DNA of 64,000 nucleotides from Cyanophora paradoxa CCMP329. Lineage: Eukaryota > Plantae > Glaucophyta. The notes below the pieces were generated by a model. That model ran no database searches, was not told where the DNA came from, and saw nothing but the letters and a program-made list of their open reading frames with translations. The stretch covers positions 62,001 through 126,000 of the forward strand of contig QPMI01000040.1 of the NCBI GenBank assembly GCA_004431415.1. The letters run 5' to 3'. Shown here piece by piece: positions 30,613-43,495 of the stretch (positions are counted from its first letter, which is position 1; every line of letters starts with the position of its first letter). Both the position numbers and the translations under genes were made by a program.

Positions 30613-32688
30613 CCGCATCTGGTCCGCCCCCTCTCCCTCCCTATCTCTTTCTCTTCTCACCGACGGAGGGGCAGCCGGGACCTGGACCTCTCGGCGCTGA
30701 TCGAGGACGACAACGGGATGGAGCTGCTCGTGGCCGGCCAGATCGTCCGCCTCGACCTCTCCATCCGCCAGGCCCGTCTTCCCCGCTTCTCCGCTTCTCC
30801 GGTTCTGAGAGGGGCGGCGCCGGGGTACGTGCAGGTGTACGAGCAGGTCTGGCGGCGCTCGCTGGGGGGCGACCAGGCCGGTGACGGCCCGCCCATGGTC
30901 GTCACCTACCGCCTCCAGGCGCGCCTCTCGGCCTCTCCCCTCCATTCCTTCGCCCGCTGAGGGCGCGGGCAGGGCCTGGACGGTGAGGCTACAGAGCCGA
31001 TCGTGGACGCGCTGGAGGACACGGCGGGGCCGGAGCGGGACCCCGAGGAGGAGTTCGCCGCCGCCGCCGTCATGGCCCCCTCCGGCGGCCTCGACGCCCT
31101 CCTCGCCCAGGCACGCGCACCCCTCTCCCCCTTCTGAGCCCAGCTCAGCTGATCTGAACTCATCTGAGCTTAGATCCGGTCCTTCCGGACGCTGGACGTG
31201 AACGCCGACCTCGTCGCTCTCGTCCTGCGCCTCGCCCGCCACTGCGCCCTCCTCGCCGCCAACCGCGCCCGCGTGCGCCCCGCCCCGCCGGCCCTCCCCC
31301 TCCCCCGCGCCGCCTCAGACGCCTCAGATGCTGGCGCTGGGCGGGGTACGCGTGCTCCTCGACGTGCTCCGCCTGGCCTTCGCGGACGAGCGCCACGCCG
31401 ACGAGGTCCGGCGCGGCCGCGGCCCAGAGGCGACCCGGCCCCGTCTGATCTCCGGCGCCTCCGTCCCGCTCCGCAGGCCGAGGCGCTGCTGCTGACGCTG
31501 GAGAGCCTGGTGGAGGCGGCGACGGCGGCGGCGGTGGCGCCGGACGCGGCGGCGGCGGCCTCGGGCGGCGACCGCGAGCGCCTCAGCGACGCGGCGGTCG
31601 TCTCCCAGCTCCGCATGTTCCTCGAGAAGGCCCGCCCGCCCGCCCTCCGTGCTCGTTCTCGGCGCCGGCTGACGGCGGCGGCGGACGGACCGCTTCTGGC
31701 AGCAGGCGGCGGCCGCGCTGGGGCGGCTCGAGTGCGGCGCGCCGGCGGCCCGCCTGCGGCTCGCGCTGCACGACGCGCGGCTCCTCCTCGCGAGGCTCGC
31801 CCACCGCGAGGCCTTCGCCGGCGAGGGAGAGACGCTGCGGGGGACGCGCGAGTCGAACCTGTGCCTCCTGCCCCACATCCTCTACGCCGCCGCCGCCGCC
31901 CTCGACGCCGCCGGCCCCGCCACCCGCGCCGCCCTCGCCGCCGCCCTCGCCGCCTTTGCCCAGTCCGGCCCCGCCGCCGCCGTCTCCGCTGCCGCCGGCG
32001 CCGGCATCGCCTCGCCCGGCGGCGGCGGCGGCGCGGCGGGCGCCACGGCGGGCGCCGAGGCGATCGCTGCGGACTTCGGCGCGGATGGCGGCGCGCACCT
32101 CGCGCTCGTCGCCGCCGTCCTCCTCCTCCCCCCGCCGAGTGGCGCGCCCGCCGCCTCGCCCTCCTCCGCCGCGCCCTCGCCGCCGGCGCCCGCCACGGGC
32201 CCCGCTACGGCGCCCCGCCCGCCTCCGCTTCCTCCTCCTCCTCCTCCTCCTCCTCCCGCGCCGCCCGCCCTCCCCGGCCCCTCTTCCTCCTCCGCCCCGC
32301 CGCGCCCGCGGCGGACTGGGGCGTGGCGGCGTCCGCCGCCTTCTTCGGTCTGGCGTGCCTCGTCCGGCGCGAGTTCGGGCCCCGGCGGGGAGCGAGGCGG
32401 CCGGCGACGGCGACGCGGTGGCGGCGCTGTGCGAGCGCGTGCGCGCCGACGAGCGGCCCGTCCTCGCCTCCTCGCGCCGCATCGCCGAGGCCTACGCCGC
32501 CGCCTGCGCCGCCGCCGCCCCGCCCGCCGGCCCCGCCGCCCTCCTCGCCGCCCTCTTCCCCGGTCCGCCCCGCCCCCTCCAGATCGCTCGCCGGCGCGCT
32601 GACGCTCGCTCGCGCAGAGGCGGCGGAGGAGGCGGCGGCGGAGGGCGGCCTGGAGGCCCTCGTCGAGCGCGCCGCCGGCGACCGCTGA
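30613..32688 (+). pseudogene. UBR4 3' fragment, short type (about 1.5 kb internal deletion removes the hemiRING)
   Basis: Matches 24796 to about 25866, joined at about 31684 directly to about 27361-28366. Confidence 0.9.
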
Positions 32689-34931
32689 GGGGGCGCGCGC
32701 GGACCGAACTGTAGCGGTATCTTGCATCGGTCGTGTAGGTACCGGTAGAAGAATCATACGTAGGAACGGGTAAGGTAGAACGTGAATTCAAAAGTATTGA
32801 TGATGAAATGGAAATTTTCTCTTGACACTCGAAGGAAAAAGGCCCCGGCGCGATCCGAGCCCGGGCGGGCGGGCGTAGTGAACATAGTGCCAAAATGTCG
32901 CCCCGGAAACAGCGTTTTCAGAAGGATCGGAAGGGAGCGCGCCCGGGCAGGCCTGACGGGCGGTCCCGGGGCGGACCTTCTCCGCGAGATCTAGAGCTGC
33001 TTGCGCTGCAGCTGGGCCCGCGGCCGTCCGCGCGCGCGCGCGGAGATCTAGAACATGTATCCCTGTCCGTCGCCTTTAAAGATTTCGAATTCAGCGGTAC
33101 GGGTGCGCATGCGCATGTACATGTCTCGCGCGCCGCGGCCGGCGCGCATGGGCGCGCGCCAATTCGTCTTTTTTTCCCCGGTCGTCCCCCCTGCGCTTCT
33201 CCCCCCCCGTTCATTCCCCCCGAATTGTTAGCCACCGGTGGCTAACTTGCGATCGAAGGGTACAGGGTTCGGCCTCCTGAAATTGATCTCATAGAAGAAC
33301 GAGCTCTCTGTCTCTCTCGATCTGGCGCGCTCTACGCAGTCTAGGCGCCACTAATGGCGAGCTGCGGGGTCTACGAATGAGGGGACGGGGCCGGAGGCGA
33401 GGCGGAGGTGGCGGCGGAGGGCGCCGCCGGCGGCGGCTCCAAGGCTCGGTCAGGGCCGCCGCGAGACCCTCTCACGGGACGGCGCCCCGCGCCGCCCACC
33501 AGCAGCGACGCCCGCAGCGCAGGCTCCAGCGGGGCCGGCGGCGGCGCTAGGGCGAGGTCGAGGAGGGCGGGGACTCGCCGGGGAGGGCGCCGGCTAGGGC
33601 GGCAGGCCGGCGGCCTCGAGCTCCAGGCGGCGCTGCTCCTTCGAGAGCGCCGACGAGGCTGGACGCCGCCGAGCCGAGCCCGGCACCCTGCTCCGGGCGG
33701 CGTGGCGGGAGAGGAGGGCCGCGAGGGCCGCGCGACGCCGCTGCCGGCCGAGCTGCAGGGGACGCTGCAGCGGCGGAGGGCGGCGACACGCCAGGCTCCG
33801 GAAGGCGCTGCTGCAGACTCTGAGAGGAAAGCGAAGAATCGCGATTAGATGGCGTTCACGGACTCGTAGCCAGAGCAGCGTACCGTGCTGCGCCGGGGTG
33901 TAGCTGCGCCGCCTGGGCGCGGTCGGTTGGAGGATCTGCCCGCAACTGCCGTAACTGCCGTAACTGCCGCCATGCCGTAACTGCCGTAACTGCCGCCAGC
34001 GCCGCGCGTCCGATCGCTTCCGCGTGAGCCACCGCTGCGCGCTTTGGAGTGAGGCGGGCGCGCTAAGCGGCCGGGCCTTGACGACGCACGGAATTCAGGT
34101 AGCTATAGCGCGCGTCGGGCGACGGGCTGCGAAAGTTGCGTGGCACCGGCGCCGCTGGGCCGCAGTGGGCGCCCGCTCCGGAGGGCGCCGCCATCGCCGT
34201 CGCTGCTGACCCGCACCGGCGGCAACATCGCCGCGCCTCGATTGCCGCTGCCCACCGGCACCGATTCAAGCAGGAATGGACAGCTGCGGTCTTCGGCCCC
34301 ACGCTTCCCGCGCTGCCGATCCATTCTTGATGCGAGACCCCGAGCCCGAAAAGCTGCGCTGGCATCTTGATTCTGGACCGATCTGTGGGGCTTCAGCGTG
34401 ATAGAAAGCGGGTCTCTCAGCGTTCGCACCGGATGCGCGGCTGCTTGCCGACTCCTGGACATCTTGCGGCCATCGCTTCCAGCCATTGCCGTTGCTTCCG
34501 CCGCCTGGCTGTGCGGCGCGGGCCGTCTGGCTGTCCGCCCGCTCGCTTTGGAGCGAGATCTTGTCATCTTGCCCGCTGTGCAGCCCGGGGTACAGCCCGC
34601 TGTGCAGGCTCCTTCTGATCACGGCTTCAGCGATGCTTCTCTGCGATTTGGTACGCTCGCGTTCCTTCTCACTCGGCTCCTGTACCGCTCTGATCGCCGA
34701 GGCTCGCAGAGCTCGCTTCGCCTCGCGCGCGGCGCCGGCACATGTTCAACCGAAACACGCGCGCGCGAGCGGGGGCCTCGCGCCCGTCGGATCGCACACC
34801 ATCGCCCTCGCTTGCGACTCTGCCGCATCATCGGAGAGCCCGCGGTGCCGCGCCCGCCGAGCTCGAGGCCCGTCGACCCGTCGCGGCGCCGGCGCCGGCG
34901 GCGCGGTGCGGGAGGAGGGCGCGCGGTGCGG

Positions 34932-36983
34932 CCGCATCTGGTCCGCCCCCTCTCCCTCCCTATCTCTTTCTCTTCTCACCGACGGAGGGCAGCCGGGACC
35001 TGGACCTCTCGGCGCTGATCGAGGACGACAACGGGATGGAGCTGCTCGTGGCCGGCCAGATCGTCCGCCTCGACCTCTCCATCCGCCAGGCCCGTCTTCC
35101 CCGCTTCTCCGCTTCTCCGGTTCTGAGAGGGGCGGCGCCGGGGTACGTGCAGGTGTACGAGCAGGTCTGGCGGCGCTCGCTGGGGGGCGACCAGGCCGGT
35201 GACGGCCCGCCATGGTCGTCACCTACCGCCTCCAGGCGCGCCTCTCGGCCTCTCCCCTCCATTCCTTCGCCCGCTGAGGGCGCGGGCAGGGCCTGGACGG
35301 TGAGGCTACAGAGCCGATCGTGGACGCGCTGGAGGACACGGCGGGGCCGGAGCGGGACCCCGAGGAGGAGTTCGCCGCCGCCGCCGTCATGGCCCCTCCG
35401 GCGCCTCGACGCCCTCCTCGCCCAGGCACGCGCACCCCTCTCCCCTTCTGAGCCCAGCTCAGCTGATCTGAACTCATCTGAGCTTAGATCCGGTCCTTCC
35501 GGACGCTGGACGTGAACGCCGACCTCGTCGCTCTCGTCCTGCGCCTCGCCCGCCACTGCGCCCTCCTCGCCGCCAACCGCGCCCGCGTGCGCCCCGCCCC
35601 GCCGGCCTCCCCTCCCCGCGCCGCCTCAGACGCCTCAGATGCTGGCGCTGGCGGGTACGCGTGCTCCTCGACGTGCTCCGCCTGGCCTTCGCGGACGAGC
35701 GCCACGCCGACGAGGTCCGGCGCGGCCGCGGCCCAGAGGCGACCCGGCCCCGTCTGATCTCCGGCGCCTCCGTCCCGCTCCGCAGGCCGAGGCGCTGCTG
35801 CTGACGCTGGAGAGCCTGGTGGAGGCGGCGACGGCGGCGGCGGTGGCGCCGGACGCGGCGGCGGCGGCCTCGGGCGGCGACCGCGAGCGCCTCAGCGACG
35901 CGGCGGTCGTCTCCCAGCTCCGCATGTTCCTCGAGAAGGCCCGCCCGCCCGCCCTCCGTGCTCGTTCTCGGCGCCGGCTGACGGCGGCGGCGGACGGACC
36001 GCTTCTGGCAGCAGGCGGCGCCGCGCTGGGCGGCTCGAGTGCGGCGCGCCGGCGGCCCGCCTGCGGCTCGCGCTGCACGACGCGCGGCTCCTCCTCGCGA
36101 GGCTCGCCCACCGCGAGGCCTTCGCCGGCGAGGGAGAGACGCTGCGGGGACGCGCGAGTCGAACCTGTGCCTCCTGCCCACATCCTCTACGCCGCCGCCG
36201 CCGCCCTCGACGCCGCCGGCCCCGCCACCCGCGCCGCCCTCGCCGCCGCCCTCGCCGCCTTTGCCCAGTCCGGCCCCGCCGCCGCCGTCTCCGCTGCCGC
36301 GGCGCCGGCATCGCCTCGCCCGGCGGCGGCGGCGGCGCGGCGGGCGCCACGGCGGGCGCCGAGGCGATCGCTGCGGACTTCGGCGCGGATGGCGGCGCGC
36401 ACCTCGCGCTCGTCGCCGCCGTCCTCCTCTCCCCCCGCCGAGTGGCGCGCCCGCCGCCTCGCCCTCCTCCGCCGCGCCTCGCCGCCGGCGCCGCCACGGG
36501 CCCCGCTACGGCGCCCGCCCGCCTCCGCTTCCTCCTCCTCCTCCTCCTCCTCCTCCGCGCCGCCCCGCCCTCCCCGGCCCTCTTCCTCCTCCGCCCCGCC
36601 GCGCCGCGGCGGACTGGGGCGTGGCGGCGTCCGCCGCCTTCTTCGGTCTGGCGTGCCTCGTCCGGCGCGAGTTCGGGGCCCGGCGGGGAGCGAGGCGGCC
36701 GGCGACGGCGACGCGGTGGCGGCGCTGTGCGAGCGCGTGCGCGCCGACGAGCGGCCCGTCCTCGCCTCCTCGCGCCGCATCGCCGAGGCCTACGCCGCCG
36801 CCTGCGCCGCCGCCGCCCCGCCGCCGGCCCCGCCGCCCTCCTCGCCGCCCTCTTCCCCGGTCCGCCCGCCCCTCCAGATCGCTCGCCGGCGCGCTGACGC
36901 TCGCTCGCGCAGAGGCGGCGGAGGAGGCGGCGGCGGAGGGCGGCCTGGAGGCCCTCGTCGAGCGCGCCGCCGGCGACCGCTGA
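34932..36983 (+). pseudogene. UBR4 3' fragment, short type
   Basis: Same deletion junction (gacggcggcggcggacggaccgcttc) at about 35990. Confidence 0.9.
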
Positions 36984-39207
36984 GGGGGCGCGCGCGGACC
37001 GAACTGTAGCGGTATCTTGCATCGGTCGTGTAGGTACGGTAGAAGAATCATACGTAGGAACGGGTAAGGTAGAACGTGAATTCAAAAGTATTGATGATGA
37101 AATGGAAATTTTCTCTTGACACTCGAAGGAAAAGGCCCCGGCGCGATCCGAGCCGGGGCGGGCGGGCGTAGTGAACATAGTGCCAAAATGTCGCCCCGGA
37201 AACAGCGTTTTCAGAAGGATCGGAAGGGAGCGCGCCCGGGCAGGCCTGACGGGCGGTCCCGGGCGGACCTTCTCCGCGAGATCTAGAGCTGCTTGCGCTG
37301 CAGCTGGGCCGCGGCCGTCCGCGCGCGCGCGGAGATCTAGAACATGTATCCCTGTCCGTCGCCTTTAAAGATTTCGAATTCAGCGGTACGGGTGCGCATG
37401 CGCATGTACATGTCTCGCGCGCCGCGGCCGGCGCGCATGGGCGCGCGCCAATTCGTCTTTTTTCCCGGTCGTCCCCCTGCGCTTCTCCCCCCCGTTCATT
37501 CCCCCGAATTGTTAGCCACCGGTGGCTAACTTGCGATCGAAGGGTACAGGGTTCGGCCTCCTGAAATTGATCTCATAGAAGAACGAGCTCTCTGTCTCTC
37601 TCGATCTGGCGCGCTCTACGCAGTCTAGGCGCCACTAATGGCGAGCTGCGGGGTCTACGAATGAGGGGACGGGGCCGGAGGCGAGGCGGAGGGTGGCGGC
37701 GGAGGGCGCCGCCGGCGGCGGCTCCAAGGCTCGGTCAGGGCCGCCGCGAGACCCTCTCACGGGACGGCGCCCCGCGCCGCCCACCAGCAGCGACGCCCGC
37801 AGCGCAGGCTCCAGCGGGGCCGGCGGCGGCGCTAGGGCGAGGTCGAGGAGGGCGGGACTCGCCGGGGAGGGCGCCGGCTAGGGCGGCAGGCCGGCGGCTC
37901 GAGCTCCAGGCGGCGCTGCTCCTTCGAGAGCGCCGACGAGGCTGGACGCCGCCGAGCCGAGCCCGGCACCCTGCTCCGGGCGGCGTGGCGGGAGAGGAGG
38001 GCCGCGAGGGCCGCGCGACGCCGCTGCCGGCCGAGCTGCAGGGACGCTGCAGCGGCGGAGGGCGGCGACACGCCAGGCTCCGGAAGGCGCTGCTGCAGAC
38101 TCTGAGAGGAAAGCGAAGAATCGCGATTAGATGGCGTTCACGGACTCGTAGCCAGAGCAGCGTACCGTGCTGCGCCGGGGTGTAGCTGCGCCGCCTGGGC
38201 GCGGTCGGTTGGAGGATCTGCCCGCAACTGCCGTAACTGCCGTAACTGCCGCCATGCCGTAACTGCCGTAACTGCCGCCAGCGCCGCGCGTCCGATCGCT
38301 TCCGCGTGAGCCACCGCTGCGCGCTTTGGAGTGAGGCGGGCGCGCTAAGCGGCCGGGCCTTGACGACGCACGGAATTCAGGTAGCTATAGCGCGCGTCGG
38401 GCGACGGCTGCGAAAGTTGCGTGGCACCGGCGCCGCTGGGCCGCAGTGGGCGCCGCTCCGGAGGCGCCGCCATCGCCGTCGCTGCTGACCCGCACCGGCG
38501 GCAACATCGCCGCGCCTCGATTGCCGCTGCCACCGGCACCGATTCAAGCAGGAATGGACAGCTGCGGTCTTCGGCCCCACGCTTCCCGCGCTGCCGATCC
38601 ATTCTTGATGCGAGACCCGAGCCCGAAAAGCTGCGCTGGCATCTTGATTCTGGACCGATCTGTGGGGCTTCAGCGTGATAGAAAGCGGGTCTCTCAGCGT
38701 TCGCACCGGATGCGCGGCTGCTTGCCGACTCCTGGACATCTTGCGGCCATCGCTTCCAGCCATTGCCGTTGCTTCCGCCGCCTGGCTGTGCGGCGCGGGC
38801 CGTCTGGCTGTCCGCCCGCTCGCTTTGGAGCGAGATCTTGTCATCTTGCCCGCTGTGCAGCCCGGGGTACAGCCCGCTGTGCAGGCTCCTTCTGATCACG
38901 GCTTCAGCGATGCTTCTCTGCGATTTGGTACGCTCGCGTTCCTTCTCACTCGGCTCCTGTACCGCTCTGATCGCCGAGGCTCGCAGAGCTCGCTTCGCCT
39001 CGCGCGCGGCGCCGGCACATGTTCAACCGAAACACGCGCGCGCGAGCGGGGCCTCGCGCCCGTCGGATCGCACACCATCGCCTCGCTTGCGACTCTGCCG
39101 CATCATCGGAGAGCCCGCGGTGCCCGCGCCCGCCGAGCTCGAGGCCCGTCGACCCGTCGCGGCGCCGGCGCCGGCGGCGCGGTGCGGGAGGAGGGCGCGC
39201 GGTGCGG

Positions 39208-41266
39208 CCGCATCTGGTCCGCCCCTCTCCCTCCCTATCTCTTTCTCTTCTCACCGACGGAGGGGCAGCCGGGACCTGGACCTCTCGGCGCTGATCGAGG
39301 ACGACAACGGGATGGAGCTGCTCGTGGCCGGCCAGATCGTCCGCCTCGACCTCTCCATCCGCCAGGCCGTCTTCCCCGCTTCTCCGCTTCTCCGGTTCTG
39401 AGAGGGGCGGCGCCGGGGTACGTGCAGGTGTACGAGCAGGTCTGGCGGCGCTCGCTGGGGGCGACCAGGCCGGTGACGGCCCGCCATGGTCGTCACCTAC
39501 CGCCTCCAGGCGCGCCTCTCGGCCTCTCCCCTCCATTCCTTCGCCCGCTGAGGGCGCGGGCAGGGCCTGGACGGTGAGGCTACAGAGCCGATCGTGGACG
39601 CGCTGGAGGACACGGCGGGGCCGGAGCGGGACCCGAGGAGGAGTTCGCCGCCGCCGCCGTCATGGCCCCCTCCGGCGGCCTCGACGCCCTCCTCGCCCAG
39701 GCACGCGCACCCCTCTCCCCTTCTGAGCCCAGCTCAGCTGATCTGAACTCATCTGAGCTTAGATCCGGTCCTTCCGGACGCTGGACGTGAACGCCGACCT
39801 CGTCGCTCTCGTCCTGCGCCTCGCCCGCCACTGCGCCCTCCTCGCCGCCAACCGCGCCCGCGTGCGCCCCGCCCGCCGGCCCTCCCCTCCCCGCGCCGCC
39901 TCAGACGCCTCAGATGCTGGCGCTGGGCGGGTACGCGTGCTCCTCGACGTGCTCCGCCTGGCCTTCGCGGACGAGCGCCACGCCGACGAGGTCCGGCGCG
40001 GCCGCGGCCCAGAGGCGACCCGGCCCCGTCTGATCTCCGGCGCCTCCGTCCGCTCCGCAGCCGAGGCGCTGCTGCTGACGCTGGAGAGCCTGGTGGAGGC
40101 GGCGACGGCGGCGGCGGTGGCGCCGGACGCGGCGGCGGCGGCCTCGGGCGGCGACCGCGAGCGCCTCAGCGACGCGGCGGTCGTCTCCCAGCTCCGCATG
40201 TTCCTCGAGAAGGCCCGCCCGCCCGCCCTCCGTGCTCGTTCTCGGCGCCGGCTGACGGCGGCGGCGGACGGACCGCTTCTGGCAGCAGGCGGCGGCCGCG
40301 CTGGGGCGGCTCGAGTGCGGCGCGCCGGCGGCCCGCCTGCGGCTCGCGCTGCACGACGCGCGGCTCCTCCTCGCGAGGCTCGCCCACCGCGAGGCCTTCG
40401 CCGGCGAGGGAGAGACGCTGCGGGGACGCGCGAGTCGAACCTGTGCCTCCTGCCCCACATCCTCTACGCCGCCGCCGCCGCCCTCGACGCCGCCGGCCCC
40501 GCCACCCGCGCCGCCCTCGCCGCCGCCCTCGCCGCCTTTGCCCAGTCCGGCCCCGCCGCCGCCGTCTCCGCTGCCGCCGGCGCCGGCATCGCCTCGCCCG
40601 GCGGCGCGGCGGCGCGGCGGCGCCACGGCGGGCGCCGAGGCGATCGCTGCGGACTTCGGCGCGGATGGCGGCGCGCACCTCGCGCTCGTCGCCGCCGTCC
40701 TCCTCCTCCCCCCGCCGAGTGGCGCGCCCGCCGCCTCGCCCTCCTCCGCCGCGCCCTCGCCGCCGGCGCCCGCCACGGGCCCCGCTACGGCGCCCGCCCG
40801 CCTCCGCTTCCTCCTCCTCCTCCTCCTCCTCCTCCCGCGCCGCCCGCCCTCCCCCGGCCCCTCTTCCTCCTCCGCCCCGCCGCGCCCGCGGCGGACTGGG
40901 GCGTGGCGGCGTCCGCCGCCTTCTTCGGTCTGGCGTGCCTCGTCCGGCGCGAGTTCGGGGCCCCGGCGGGGAGCGAGGCGGCCGGCGACGGCGACGCGGT
41001 GGCGGCGCTGTGCGAGCGCGTGCGCGCCGACGAGCGGCCCGTCCTCGCCTCCTCGCGCCGCATCGCCGAGGCCTACGCCGCCGCCTGCGCCGCCGCCGCC
41101 CCGCCCGCCGGCCCGCCGCCCTCCTCGCCGCCCTCTTCCCGGTCCGCCCCGCCCCTCCAGATCGCTCGCCGGCGCGCTGACGCTCGCTCGCGCAGAGGCG
41201 GCGGAGGAGGCGGCGGCGGAGGGCGGCCTGGAGGCCCTCGTCGAGCGCGCCGCCGGCGACCGCTGA
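39208..41266 (+). pseudogene. UBR4 3' fragment, short type
   Basis: Same deletion junction at about 40265. Confidence 0.9.
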
Positions 41267-43495
41267 GGGGCGCGCGCGGACCGAACTGTAGCGGTATCTT
41301 GCATCGGTCGTGTAGGTACCGTAGAAGAATCATACGTAGGAACGGGTAAGGTAGAACGTGAATTCAAAAGTATTGATGATGAAATGGAAATTTTCTCTTG
41401 ACACTCGAAGGAAAAAGGCCCCGGCGCGATCCGAGCCGGCGTAGTGAACATAGTGCCAAAATGTCGCCCCGGAAACAGCGTTTTCAGAAGGATCGGAAGG
41501 GAGCGCGCCCGGGCAGGCCTGACGGGCGGTCCCGGGGCGGACCTTCTCCGCGAGATCTAGAGCTGCTTGCGCTGCAGCTGGGCCCGCGGCCGTCCGCGCG
41601 CGCGCGCGGAGATCTAGAACATGTATCCCTGTCCGTCGCCTTTAAAGATTTCGAATTCAGCGGTACGGGTGCGCATGCGCATGTACATGTCTCGCGCGCC
41701 GCGGCCGGCGCGCATGGGCGCGCGCCAATTCGTCTTTTTTCCCCGGTCGTCCCCCTGCGCTTCTCCCCCCCGTTCATTCCCCCCGAATTGTTAGCCACCG
41801 GTGGCTAACTTGCGATCGAAGGGTACAGGGTTCGGCCTCCTGAAATTGATCTCATAGAAGAACGAGCTCTCTGTCTCTCTCGATCTGGCGCGCTCTACGC
41901 AGTCTAGGCGCCACTAATGGCGAGCTGCGGGGTCTACGAATGAGGGACGGGGCCGGAGGCGAGGCGGAGGTGGCGGCGGAGGGCGCCGCCGGCGGCGGCT
42001 CCAAGGCTCGGTCAGGGCCGCCGCGAGACCCTCTCACGGGACGGCGCCCCGCGCCGCCCACCAGCAGCGACGCCCGCAGCGCAGGCTCCAGCGGGGCCGG
42101 CGGCGGCGCTAGGGCGAGGTCGAGGAGGGCGGGGACTCGCCGGGGAGGGCGCCGGCTAGGGCGGCAGGCCGGCGGCCTCGAGCTCCAGGCGGCGCTGCTC
42201 CTTCGAGAGCGCCGACGAGGCTGGACGCCGCCGAGCCGAGCCCGGCACCCTGCTCCGGGCGGCGTGGCGGGAGAGGAGGGCCGCGAGGGGCCGCGCGACG
42301 CCGCTGCCGGCCGAGCTGCAGGGGACGCTGCAGCGGCGGAGGGCGGCGACACGCCAGGCTCCGGAAGGCGCTGCTGCAGACTCTGAGAGGAAAGCGAAGA
42401 ATCGCGATTAGATGGCGTTCACGGACTCGTAGCCAGAGCAGCGTACCGTGCTGCGCCGGGGTGTAGCTGCGCCGCCTGGGCGCGGTCGGTTGGAGGATCT
42501 GCCCGCAACTGCCGTAACTGCCGTAACTGCCGCCATGCCGTAACTGCCGTAACTGCCGCCAGCGCCGCGCGTCCGATCGCTTCCGCGTGAGCCACCGCTG
42601 CGCGCTTTGGAGTGAGGCGGGCGCGCTAAGCGGCCGGGCCTTGACGACGCACGGAATTCAGGTAGCTATAGCGCGCGTCGGGCGACGGGCTGCGAAAGTT
42701 GCGTGGCACCGGCGCCGCTGGGCCGCAGTGGGCGCCCGCTCCGGAGGGCGCCGCCATCGCCGTCGCTGCTGACCCGCACCGGCGGCAACATCGCCGCGCC
42801 TCGATTGCCGCTGCCCACCGGCACCGATTCAAGCAGGAATGGACAGCTGCGGTCTTCGGCCCCACGCTTCCCGCGCTGCCGATCCATTCTTGATGCGAGA
42901 CCCCGAGCCCGAAAAGCTGCGCTGGCATCTTGATTCTGGACCGATCTGTGGGGCTTCAGCGTGATAGAAAGCGGGTCTCTCAGCGTTCGCACCGGATGCG
43001 CGGCTGCTTGCCGACTCCTGGACATCTTGCGGCCATCGCTTCCAGCCATTGCCGTTGCTTCCGCCGCCTGGCTGTGCGGCGCGGGCCGTCTGGCTGTCCG
43101 CCCGCTCGCTTTGGAGCGAGATCTTGTCATCTTGCCCGCTGTGCAGCCCGGGGTACAGCCCGCTGTGCAGGCTCCTTCTGATCACGGCTTCAGCGATGCT
43201 TCTCTGCGATTTGGTACGCTCGCGTTCCTTCTCACTCGGCTCCTGTACCGCTCTGATCGCCGAGGCTCGCAGAGCTCGCTTCGCCTCGCGCGCGGCGCCG
43301 GCACATGTTCAACCGAAACACGCGCGCGCGAGCGGGGGCCTCGCGCCCGTCGGATCGCACACCATCGCCCTCGCTTGCGACTCTGCCGCATCATCGGAGA
43401 GCCCGCGGTGCCCGCGCCCGCCGAGCTCGAGGCCCGTCGACCCGTCGCGGCGCCGGCGCCGGCGGCGCGGTGCGGGAGGAGGGCGCGCGGTGCGG

